Positions 8,701 to 17,335 of a DNA stretch of 64,000 bases are shown here, piece by piece. Source of the DNA: Barthelona sp. PCE (Eukaryota); contig JAUFOR010000008.1 in NCBI GenBank assembly GCA_040285745.1, positions 1,178,001-1,242,000 on the forward strand, written 5' to 3'. The notes below the pieces were generated by a model. The model searched no databases, had not been told where the DNA came from, and worked only from the letters and a program-made list of their open reading frames with translations. The position numbers and the translations under genes were made by a program. How positions within the stretch are numbered: the first letter of the stretch is position 1; every line of letters begins with the position of its first letter.

Positions 8701-11622
8701 TTCCACGTTGCACGACATCTTACCGATCTCACTAGAGTTGAACATGATCACTGCGCTCTCGCTATGATTGGGTTTGATTTGGAGGAAGGAGTTCTCAAAT
8801 GATAGGCTTTTTGAAGCATGAGACAAACCACTGTCATCGTTCCGCACCGTGAGATATAGAAATGATTCAACCGTGCCCTCGTTCTGAATGATTAGCTGCT
8901 TGGAAACAGTACATTTCATGGGGACATTACCAAGATTAAGTGTTTTCTGCTGAAGAAAGAGAGATGTCTTGATTATTGAGCCAGTGAACTCCAGATGTAT
9001 GGACTGACTTAGTGTTAGATCATGTATTAGGGAGCTCATGGGGAAAACATTTGTATTCTTGCGATGTGCAATTGTGAATTCAGCCGAGGTTGGTTGATAG
9101 CTTTGTACCTTTATACTCTGCTTGAAGTCACCTGTTTGCTCAGATGCAGGGAACGCGATGATAAACATAGAAACTGTCGATTCAGGAAGAACCTTAAGGA
9201 TGGAGTGTTCGTTAAGCTCAATTAATAATCCGCTTTCTACCAACAAACTGAGTGCCAGCACCCTCAGCAGCTTGAAACTGAGTCTCTGCTTGACCGACAG
9301 CTTCTCAGGCGTGGGTAGGTCGAACATACGATGTATCAAAGTTTTAAAAAACTGTTTATGTACATCGCTGAGCCCTTCAAGGAAGGGCATAACTTGATCG
9401 ATAATGTGATCAGAAGCATTTTTATGATAGAAACTAAGGAGATACCCAGGCGTCTTGGGCATGTACTGATCCTCAAGGATGTTTATGATACGATCCGTAG
9501 GGACTGCCAGATCCAAGAAATCGACGATACGGGGCACAGAAATCCGCTGCTTCTTACGTTTGTAAGTAACAATCGAGTCGATCTGGGTCACCACTTCCAA
9601 AAGGGTCTTGATTTTTGGCTTGTGAACAAAAAGAGAATTAAAAGTAAAACAGCGCAATTCACCTGAGCTTTTGGTAAAATTCAAATATTGAACATTCTTT
9701 GATATATTGGCCAAATGGATTGGTTCAACTGACGGAAGCCCTAACCTTAGATCTCCAAAATCGTATTGCGTTTGCTTGTATTCTGCTTGACAAACTTCCA
9801 GAAGAGGTTGTGTTTGTAAGATGGGAGAGTCAAGAACCTCCCTAACACTATAAAACGCAAATGGAACGGAATCTTCATGTTCATACACATCTTGAAGTAT
9901 GAAAAGGGATAGTTCATTCATAGGATTGTTCTCATTCAGTAATTTCAGCTCAAAAACCTTAACTCCGTATTCAATAAGTGTAAACTCTAAACTAACTCGG
10001 ACAATAGCGTTCTTATCGATTGTGTATGATTCACTTTTAGATTTGATATTACTATGGGGGTTAATAATCCTGACTACTGTTCTGATATCAGACTTACTCT
10101 TAACATAAAAAGTGACAGTCTTCTTCTCGTCCTTACGCAAGCCGCTGATGTAAGCGTAACGCTTTGATCGGTATCCTCGATCGTTGAGACCTTCAATAGA
10201 AAAATTATTCTCACCATCATCCTTGAGCACTTTGTTGAACTTTGTAAATAAATGCTTGGCCAATTCACTGCTTCTCTTAAATATTTCAACGTCTGATGAT
10301 GGAAAAACAACGCGACTGATGCATACAGAAGCACGACAAGGTACGCTAATTGTTTTGACTGAGTTCAGGTTATTCTGCGTATCAACAGCCGAGTATGTCT
10401 CCAAATACTTGTGTAGGCTTGTATTTTTTGTGTTAGAATCATTCGAACTCACTTCTAAAAGCAGCTTAAAAGATTTCACGTGCATTCGGTGTGGGTGATC
10501 CTCAGATTTCTTAAGTAGAGGACAATATACCATGTTGAGTTGAATTGTGGAGTGTGGTTTCAGGTTTTGTAGTGATGTTTTGCTATTAAACTCAGTTGAA
10601 ATGTAGCATTCATTTGAGTTGATTGGGGACCCATCATTCTTGATCAGTTTAAACCGCACCTCCATGTTTCTGGATGTACTGTTGATGAGTTTAAACGCTT
10701 TAGATGTGAAATTTGGCTTAGAAAAAAAAGATTGAAGGAAAAGATTGTTAAAATGGAACTTTTCCAAAATTTTATCGTCTTCATCTGTCAGCAATAAATT
10801 AAGATTCTCTTGCAGATCAATGACACTAAATTGACAAGAATGACAACAAAATGCTGAATTTTTGCTTTTAAGAGTAAGTCGCAAATGGCTCTCACCAATA
10901 TGCGAACATTTGATACTCAATTGGATATGTTTGATCTCCATTGGGCTAAACTTGATGATGTCACTGCTAATGTCAATAGAATCATTGATAATAACGGAAG
11001 CAAAAATATTTTCACTTGTTTCAATCGTTAAAAAGTAACTCGAATCCAAAGGAATCATACTTCTGACGTCAATTTCATAGTCGAATGTTTGATTTTCATA
11101 AAAATTCCCCATATCTTTCTTGACCTCTGAAAAAGCCACCCTCGAACGATAAAAAACTCCACGCAATAAATATACAACATCATTGAAGAACAGACTAGCC
11201 TCAAATAATTGGCCAAGGTCTGGGAATCGTTGTGCTAAAGGGGTGTCTTCCTCTTCATCACTGGGAATATCCTCATCATCTTCCAGAAGTAGTTCTTTAT
11301 CAGATATATTGTTTTGGAGGTAAGGGATAAAGACAGAGACATAGGATGCTGCCCCAGGTTGGAGTGTAAGTTCATTAACCTTAAGGGATTGCAACAAAAT
11401 CATTGGAATATTGGTTGTTGTGTTGAGTGTTACATCTGTAACGAAGTAACATTTGTAGTCCTTATAACGCAAATTGATGCTTAAAAAGCTGCTTGTGAGA
11501 TTAGTTAGCAAAAACTTTAAGTGGAACACATGGGAAGCAAGACCCAGCCCTAAATCCACGAAATTGTTAGGTGTTTCGATGGGTTGAAAGTCCTGATTAA
11601 CTGCTATGACCTTCAAACTCAT
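5749..11622 (-). CDS. Very large protein with multiple predicted ASH/PapD-like Ig-fold domains
   Basis: About 1957 aa uninterrupted. Recurrent beta-rich units of the form (D/N)(F/L)G...xxNx(S/G)...(I/L)xP, e.g. LNLGNV...LIIQNEG...IKP and YDFGDL...HLANIS. Confidence 0.6.
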   Translation of the reverse strand: MSLKVIAVNQDFQPIETPNNFVDLGLGLASHVFHLKFLLTNLTSSFLSINLRYKDYKCYFVTDVTLNTTTNIPMILLQSLKVNELTLQPGAASYVSVFIPYLQNNISDKELLLEDDEDIPSDEEEDTPLAQRFPDLGQLFEASLFFNDVVYLLRGVFYRSRVAFSEVKKDMGNFYENQTFDYEIDVRSMIPLDSSYFLTIETSENIFASVIINDSIDISSDIIKFSPMEIKHIQLSIKCSHIGESHLRLTLKSKNSAFCCHSCQFSVIDLQENLNLLLTDEDDKILEKFHFNNLFLQSFFSKPNFTSKAFKLINSTSRNMEVRFKLIKNDGSPINSNECYISTEFNSKTSLQNLKPHSTIQLNMVYCPLLKKSEDHPHRMHVKSFKLLLEVSSNDSNTKNTSLHKYLETYSAVDTQNNLNSVKTISVPCRASVCISRVVFPSSDVEIFKRSSELAKHLFTKFNKVLKDDGENNFSIEGLNDRGYRSKRYAYISGLRKDEKKTVTFYVKSKSDIRTVVRIINPHSNIKSKSESYTIDKNAIVRVSLEFTLIEYGVKVFELKLLNENNPMNELSLFILQDVYEHEDSVPFAFYSVREVLDSPILQTQPLLEVCQAEYKQTQYDFGDLRLGLPSVEPIHLANISKNVQYLNFTKSSGELRCFTFNSLFVHKPKIKTLLEVVTQIDSIVTYKRKKQRISVPRIVDFLDLAVPTDRIINILEDQYMPKTPGYLLSFYHKNASDHIIDQVMPFLEGLSDVHKQFFKTLIHRMFDLPTPEKLSVKQRLSFKLLRVLALSLLVESGLLIELNEHSILKVLPESTVSMFIIAFPASEQTGDFKQSIKVQSYQPTSAEFTIAHRKNTNVFPMSSLIHDLTLSQSIHLEFTGSIIKTSLFLQQKTLNLGNVPMKCTVSKQLIIQNEGTVESFLYLTVRNDDSGLSHASKSLSFENSFLQIKPNHSESAVIMFNSSEIGKMSCNVEILDMLNCENFLFKSLDKLIFSQENMLFDNKNKTFDLRAYYDHGRKLNNIELMVYSLVNFDSNSSDVFLKQFINTHNQEFDFDKYSVGFNVFSNIKKILVKIKAKVIKRDDLIIRPGVLDFTTSPLRMYSKEEFESEKLFYRLKNLDLNNDVDDMIAETLQFNMKPRTENIFLRSIKFKTILCNKSQVKYNIKLSLLQSVNQGESSWDSVTGTLMEDGFFYTFREKNEENEAVVDMNSETNRDGNFEQINRKVKIAIRKRTDELRTGKKLKGEKKIKKCKKRINAFVTERPRDIKNEVFLKSYTQAQSIKLNGWSGIELTLYLNVTIMLYEMCMRNDHDLIQRILTSNEDVVYDFCLRLNSNYSISYIPCTITFFREEIASSLGDIDTVEGFMKFLQDKFLLPENFDDDDDSISKSFSVRSSRRSSTTIKNTAMMLSPRHNSPGTVTTIDNTLPPFLTDLPLPSEQDFFSKPTTPIPAAIDLPFDHFTPSNFTKLYNAFISTIQKTREQNLFGDSVIFNEKEHSNISEWVSFKQVSRNDDLSAFIVSSHVNDNSSLIYALDCSLNTSASRDNSNIFRIRIQNISENVQNVFLHSVIKDLRFNNCNINSALDGLMKHERLEYLRELSILDASNFRIRIVNYFTERINPHWVQSLDSGVLTPGLVIEPQSSVDVLCQLVFDIHDMQRQDTTMMLASQSFWPLTTQIGKITRQYVKLIELNIDIVLRNAEDQHRFCHFPLKLRDSKYLVEHYPLTMKVSGYRHNYELVVHFVNNGTEMQTIEFKYQPWVKGDTSIDLKPEERKRIVFTIDSLFYNENHSIIEEFSMVDDFRMFTSLTNRFIRLNGDKNADSIQYRIKNSKISASIPVHLDYNLDRGFIIQRESSQYIPFEELAREEDDFVIKLRLSDSGTFKANLILCSDVDYCQYLNLHTRQCRVSEELVFLRPFEKLMFEIKSVGGADYSGFINITSHPSPYLPPCCETLIRVIV

Positions 11623-11914
11623 TAGAAAAGGATAGAATGCAATCAACAGTTGAAGAACCTTCAATACTTATTTAAAACAGTTCATCAACGGATTTTATCA
11701 CTAATAATCCACAGACTAACGAGAATATAATGATTACGATATTGAAGTATTGGGATGATACAGAGGTTTTCATTGTGATTTTCAAGTACGTTTTAAGCCG
11801 GATTATAGTTTGTTCTATGTATAATAGAGTCCTATTCAAGGTAGAAAAACAGAAAATAAGTGTTTAACCGTTAAATTTCTTTATCAACATACATCAAGGA
11901 GTTTTTAAGCTTTA

Positions 11915-12526
11915 ATGGGGCGTAAAAAGCAGAATATTGTGAAAGAACCAGTACTTCCAACAGTTCCATCATGGTTTGGGTTTGAGAATGAAGATGATGA
12001 GAAAAAATATCTTTCCAAAAAGGATTTACAGGTGTTGTATTCAATCATGATAGCACAGGGGTTCGGGCCCGGTCTTACAGCAAAGACATGCAACTTTGTT
12101 GATTTCTTTTCTGGACCAACAGCAGCTTGTATGGTTGGTATTCATGCTCCAAAGAATTTAACTGTTTTATCCAAGGATGTGGAGGAGGTTCAGGCAATAT
12201 TAAAAAAAGGAAATGAATCTTCTGAAGAAAAAAGTGGAGAAATAGAGCATAGAATGGAATCTGTAGGAGAAGAGATAAAAGATGATGTTGTAGCACCATC
12301 ATTTGCAACATACATCGAGGTCCAGGAAGAAAAGACACCTAAATCAAGAAAATCAAAAAAAAAGAAGAAGAAAATTGGCAATGAGAAGTTTTTGAACGAG
12401 ACTGTTGTTGATGATGTACCCATTTTCTCTTTGACATCACCGGAAAAGGAAAGCACAAATAAGAAGAAGAGGAAACAACCTAAGGTTGAAGAAGATGTAC
12501 CGCTTCTGGTTGTGAAATCTAATTAA
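11915..12526 (+). CDS. Hypothetical Lys/Glu-rich protein
   Basis: 203-aa ATG-initiated ORF with basic NLS-like runs. No family recognised. Confidence 0.6.
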   Translation: MGRKKQNIVKEPVLPTVPSWFGFENEDDEKKYLSKKDLQVLYSIMIAQGFGPGLTAKTCNFVDFFSGPTAACMVGIHAPKNLTVLSKDVEEVQAILKKGNESSEEKSGEIEHRMESVGEEIKDDVVAPSFATYIEVQEEKTPKSRKSKKKKKKIGNEKFLNETVVDDVPIFSLTSPEKESTNKKKRKQPKVEEDVPLLVVKSN

Positions 12527-12828
12527 GAGAAGAAGAAGTGCAACAGTTAATCAATCACCTTTATGTATGTAGTTTTATGGTTTCGCAAGCTTTGTTTGTT
12601 GAATGACGTTTTAAATAAAAGAGAAAGGATAAATGTAAACGCCGGTCAATGTAATGTAAGATTTTGTTTTATTTAGGTCAAATAAAGTGGAATTTATACA
12701 TTTTACGTGATGTTGAGTATCTTATTTATTAGATTGCAAAATAGTTTTGTTGGATAATCGATTTATCACCTTTTCACATACTTTGAGCTTTTTTATTCGA
12801 GGCCTTCGCACACTCATTCACTTGTTCG

Positions 12829-13074
12829 ATGATTTTCCCAATTAGATGTTTTACATGTGGTAAGCTTATTGCAAATTTATTCATGGAATACGAAGCACTA
12901 CTTAAAAGTGGTGTAACTGAGAAAGAAGCCCTAGAGAGGCTAGGAATTGAACGTTTCTGTTGCAGACGTGTGTTTCTGACGTCAGTTGAACTCATTGATA
13001 GATTACTTCAGTACCATGTTGATACAGCAAGCAGCAATGATGATCCCCGCATGGAAATGGAACCCGTAGAGTAG
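12829..13074 (+). CDS. RPB10: RNA polymerases I/II/III shared subunit RPB10 (RPABC5)
   Basis: MIFPIRCFTCGK and ERFCCRR zinc-binding signature. Confidence 0.97.
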   Translation: MIFPIRCFTCGKLIANLFMEYEALLKSGVTEKEALERLGIERFCCRRVFLTSVELIDRLLQYHVDTASSNDDPRMEMEPVE

Positions 13075-13279
13075 AACACCATGAATTTTTATGGTAACAC
13101 ACACACACAAATACACAAAAAGAAATTCTTAATTAAATTGGTTTTTATTCTGAATCAGTACAATAAATTCACAAATAACGTTGATGTGATATCTTTGCAT
13201 GTAATAAAAGGTAAAATAATCGGAAATTGAAAATCAAAAACATACCAAAAAATCAAGTATCTTCTTCACAAGACTAAAA

Positions 13280-13897
13280 TCAAGTCTTTGTTGCTAATTC
13301 TACATACAACCAATCATTTAAAGACTTGTTATTCTGGCACAAATCATCGATATATCTACTACGGAGCTTATTAATAAATTCTTCGTTATCTATGTCATTG
13401 TTGAGTTTTGGATCAATCAATGTTGGATCATAACCAAGCACCTGGAAATCCATGTCATTTTGGAGAGCATCGGTCGCCCTTAATCTGGCTTCAACACTGG
13501 AAACAAGACCATTAATACAATTGAAGTTGTGAACTCCTTGTTGTTCCCTTTCTTTTTCATCTTCCTCAAGGGCTAGCTGTGCCATTTGAACAACTTCATT
13601 CATCGATTGCATGTCAACATTCTTATCATCTACAATGTCTTTTAGTTCTGTAAATAAATCATCGATTGAAGGAGGTTCTATTCTGTGACGTGTTGTTTTT
13701 TCCCTGAATTCTTCTAACTCGTTGAGATAATCAACCAAAACAGCATGGTTTCGTTGAATTTTTTTATCACGAAACTTTCTGTAGGTTCTTTGAATAGTTC
13801 GCGCCGCTTCGTTCATGTCGCTGACAAGAAACACGCTGTTGCGGCTTGTCATATTAAGCGTTTGTGTTTTTGAAATGGGTGTGAATAGACTTAACAT
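13280..13897 (-). CDS. IQ-motif-containing protein
   Basis: AARTIQRTYRKFR is an IQ calmodulin-binding-type motif. An alternative start lies at 13852. Confidence 0.6.
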   Translation of the reverse strand: MLSLFTPISKTQTLNMTSRNSVFLVSDMNEAARTIQRTYRKFRDKKIQRNHAVLVDYLNELEEFREKTTRHRIEPPSIDDLFTELKDIVDDKNVDMQSMNEVVQMAQLALEEDEKEREQQGVHNFNCINGLVSSVEARLRATDALQNDMDFQVLGYDPTLIDPKLNNDIDNEEFINKLRSRYIDDLCQNNKSLNDWLYVELATKT

Positions 13898-14184
13898 TTA
13901 TTATGAGTTAATTGCGATTGATATTTGATACTGTAACGCTATTGTTTGATATTGTCTCACTCTATATGATAATAAACTGTGGGAATTAATATAAATAGGA
14001 AGGCATAAAACGCAGGGCAGTTGTCCTTTTGTTTATACATATTAAATCTGCGGTACCATCACTTAAAGCATACAAAACATGGATTTAAGTGCAAAACATG
14101 AACATAGCGACAATAAATTGCATTTTTGTGGGAATACAATCTCTTACCTCTTTAGAACACTTTTATTTCACTAAATTTGATCAA

Positions 14185-15516
14185 ATGGTTTTCATAAAGA
14201 AGGCTCCAAAGACAGAAATGACTCGAACACAAGCTGTACGTGCACTTCAGATGAGTTTGTCCGATTTCCGTAAGCTTTGCATCTTAAAGGGTGTCTATCC
14301 ATGCCCTGCTCCAAAGGGAGAGGTCAAACACAGAACTTATTATTCCATTCGCGATATTAAATCAATAGGAACTGAACCCGTGCTTCGTAAGTTCCGTGAG
14401 ATCAAGGCTTCTGTCAAGAAGATCAACCGTGCCAAGAACCGTCAGGAAAAGCACTTGGAAGATTCATTACAGAATCAGAGACCCTACCTTGATTTAACAG
14501 GGATTCTCAAAGAGCGTTATCCTGATTTTTCGGACGCTCTCTACGACATGGACGATGCCCTCACCATGATCCATCTGTTTGCAACCCTCCCATCTAACAA
14601 AGAAATCCCTCGCCCACTCATTGAGCGCTGTCAAGCTATTGTCGGCAAGTGGAACAGTTATGTTACAGACCGCAAGTGCCTCAGGGCCGCATTTCTGTCC
14701 ATCAAGGGCATTTATGTCCAGACACAGGTCTTGGATGAAACAGTCACATATATTGTTCCATATTCTTTCTCTCAATCGATGGAGAAGGATGTTGATTACC
14801 GTGTGATGGTCTCCTTCGTAGAGCTGTACTGCGCCCTTATGGAATCAGTGCTTTTCAAGTTTTCTAATATGGCAGGTCAGAACGCTCTTAATGCTGAAGC
14901 AAACGAGAACATTGAAGAAACTGATATAGAGAATATTTTCAAGGATATGATCTTTTACCTGAACAGAGAAACACCCAGAACCCTTTTGAAATTGTTTATT
15001 GAGTGTTGTGGTGGTGTTGCAGAATGGGAAGAGCATGGTCGTGCCGTTGATGATCAGGAGATTACACATCACGTTGTTGATCGTAAAATTCGCAACCCAA
15101 TTGCTGGCCGAAGCTATCTCTTACCCCAATGGGTCGTTGACTGTGTCAATCAGAAAACAGTGCTTCCTTTGAACCAATACAGACCGGGAGAAACACTCCC
15201 CTACCACATGTCCCCCTTTGTGAAGGATGAAGACGTGGAGTTGTCTATGTTGGGTGAACGAGCTGAAGATATTGAGGAGGATATTGAAGCTGTTGATCGT
15301 AAGAGATCCGCAGGCGAACAGGAAGCCATGGTTGCAATGATGTCCAGGAAGAACAAGGCTATCTACCGTGAAATGATGCAAGAAGAAGAGAAGAAAAAGC
15401 AAAGAGTTGAGGCTATGCAAACTAGAAAGGAGTATCATGCTTCTCAGAGGAAACAGGAGGAAGGTGATGCTACAAATGACGGTGAGGAAATGCCTGTTCT
15501 TGAAGAAGACTTCTAA
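14185..15516 (+). CDS. PES1: Pescadillo/Nop7, 60S ribosome biogenesis factor
   Basis: LQMSLSDFRKLCILKGVYP, LKERYPDFSDAL and a BRCT domain (ITHHVVDR...PQWVVDCVN). Start placed at ATG 14185. Confidence 0.97.
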   Translation: MVFIKKAPKTEMTRTQAVRALQMSLSDFRKLCILKGVYPCPAPKGEVKHRTYYSIRDIKSIGTEPVLRKFREIKASVKKINRAKNRQEKHLEDSLQNQRPYLDLTGILKERYPDFSDALYDMDDALTMIHLFATLPSNKEIPRPLIERCQAIVGKWNSYVTDRKCLRAAFLSIKGIYVQTQVLDETVTYIVPYSFSQSMEKDVDYRVMVSFVELYCALMESVLFKFSNMAGQNALNAEANENIEETDIENIFKDMIFYLNRETPRTLLKLFIECCGGVAEWEEHGRAVDDQEITHHVVDRKIRNPIAGRSYLLPQWVVDCVNQKTVLPLNQYRPGETLPYHMSPFVKDEDVELSMLGERAEDIEEDIEAVDRKRSAGEQEAMVAMMSRKNKAIYREMMQEEEKKKQRVEAMQTRKEYHASQRKQEEGDATNDGEEMPVLEEDF

Positions 15517-15563
15517 GTAAACGTAACACAATTTTTCCATTTTTTGCGGAATTGTATTTTACA

Positions 15564-17036
15564 ATGGATGAGATAAGGGACGATGATTTGATGGATTTTC
15601 TTGCATCACAAAAAGATTTAAACGTTTATGAGCTGGAAGATGGAAGTTTTGTCGTAGATACAGAGTTTTCAGAGCTGGATGACAGGCAAATAGTGACACC
15701 CATCACCCAAAACCCAGTGGAGATGAAGGAAGAGATTGAAGAAGGTCCATTCAGAGATGTTTTAGTGCTTTTGAAAACCAATCCTTCAGACATAAAACAG
15801 GTGCGAAATCGGGCAGAAAAGTGGATCTTGCGCCACGTGGATAGCGTTATGGATGCGCGATTCAAGTTGTGGCATGAAGAAGAAGTACGCAATATTGTTC
15901 AATCAGCCAGTGTAACAAAGGCTATTGCGCTTGCACTTAAAGACCCAATGGTCTCCACACCATTGTTTGAGTCGGAACAGTTGGCACCAATGAGTGATGT
16001 TGTTATCGATGAGTTCAAACGACATCTAGGTCTTGCAAAGCTAGCAGATCAGTCATGCTATGAGTTTTTGATGAACCTAGAGCAGAGCTTGAATAAGAAC
16101 AATGCAAAGGAAAACATTTACTATGAATACCTCCATTTCTTTTATCTTTTTCTTAATAATTCGTATGATAGACACAAGATGGTCTTTTATGTTTCGTGTA
16201 GGCAAGCTTTACTTAAATTTTTAGATAAAACTGTTAATGGAGCAGATTTTCAGAAACTTTCACATCGATTAACCCTTCGTCAACAAAAAGCTTTTTTAAA
16301 AAGGGTATTTAAACGCAGGCCAGATATCCAAAACAGTATTGCGACATCATCATTTGCATATACTGGTATTGAATTGTTAAGTCAAGCAATGCTTTTGTAT
16401 GCTAATAATCAACCAGATACACTAGAGAAGACATCCGAGGCGCTGAAGTATGACACGCCACAGGTGTACACATCCCCAAAGGATTATGAAAATTCAAAGA
16501 GCGGATTTAAGAGTAGTCAGAGTTTTGCTTCACGCTTGCACAGAGCAGTGATAGATAAGAGGTCTCCACAGGAAGATGTCGTTTCAAAGGATGTAAGTAC
16601 GGTTAAAACGGTTGATCCACCCCGGTCATCGTTATACACAGTACAAACAGGTGAATTTTCACCGAAAAAGGATGTTACTGATATTACAGTGGATACAGAG
16701 AGTGTGATAGAGAGCGATACCGAATCAGAGGGAGAAAGTATTGTTCAAAAATTGCATAAAAGAGTCGTCGAATTGGCTTATGAGTATGCAAATGTTATTC
16801 TACAGAGTGTTACTGTACCAGAAGCTTTATACGATCAACTTCTAAGCGTTTTTTCACACATGATTATGAGATCTACAGAAAATGCACTACAGAAGCTTGT
16901 TAGACATTTTTCTATTAGTATTTTAAACAGTAAGTCTGTTAATGAACTTGCCTTCACATTAATATCATCCCATGAGGTGAGGATGTATGTTGAGACAAGG
17001 GCGGCTCTTTTGATTGCTTTGAGCGTTGAAGATTGA
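15564..17036 (+). CDS. Hypothetical protein
   Basis: About 490-aa ORF filling the gap between PES1 and SPB1. No family recognised. Confidence 0.7.
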   Translation: MDEIRDDDLMDFLASQKDLNVYELEDGSFVVDTEFSELDDRQIVTPITQNPVEMKEEIEEGPFRDVLVLLKTNPSDIKQVRNRAEKWILRHVDSVMDARFKLWHEEEVRNIVQSASVTKAIALALKDPMVSTPLFESEQLAPMSDVVIDEFKRHLGLAKLADQSCYEFLMNLEQSLNKNNAKENIYYEYLHFFYLFLNNSYDRHKMVFYVSCRQALLKFLDKTVNGADFQKLSHRLTLRQQKAFLKRVFKRRPDIQNSIATSSFAYTGIELLSQAMLLYANNQPDTLEKTSEALKYDTPQVYTSPKDYENSKSGFKSSQSFASRLHRAVIDKRSPQEDVVSKDVSTVKTVDPPRSSLYTVQTGEFSPKKDVTDITVDTESVIESDTESEGESIVQKLHKRVVELAYEYANVILQSVTVPEALYDQLLSVFSHMIMRSTENALQKLVRHFSISILNSKSVNELAFTLISSHEVRMYVETRAALLIALSVED

Positions 17037-17335
17037 GAATAATGGTCTTTGAAAAAAACTGGCTTTTTCTTTATTGTTTTAAAAGATGCTTCTACATATG
17101 AGCAATAGCGCTGGGTGTGGCCGATAAACTGTCTTATTTTCAAAGAATTGTAGGTCAATAAGAAATTGTATAAATAGAAATTTTCCCAGCATAAACAATT
17201 ATCCATCACATACACGTTTTTTATTGTTAGTAAACTGCTACCACTCATCATATGTGGTAATAAAACGAATATTTCAGTGCAACAAAAAACATTGCTGCAG
17301 CTTGGTATTTTTTCACTCCTTTCCTTGATTAGAAA

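Noticed and set aside
12520-12575. Coding-like purine-rich sequence after the stop of the 203-aa ORF (frameshift or readthrough)
   Set aside because: All frames close within about 20 codons, with no slippery site and no homology support.
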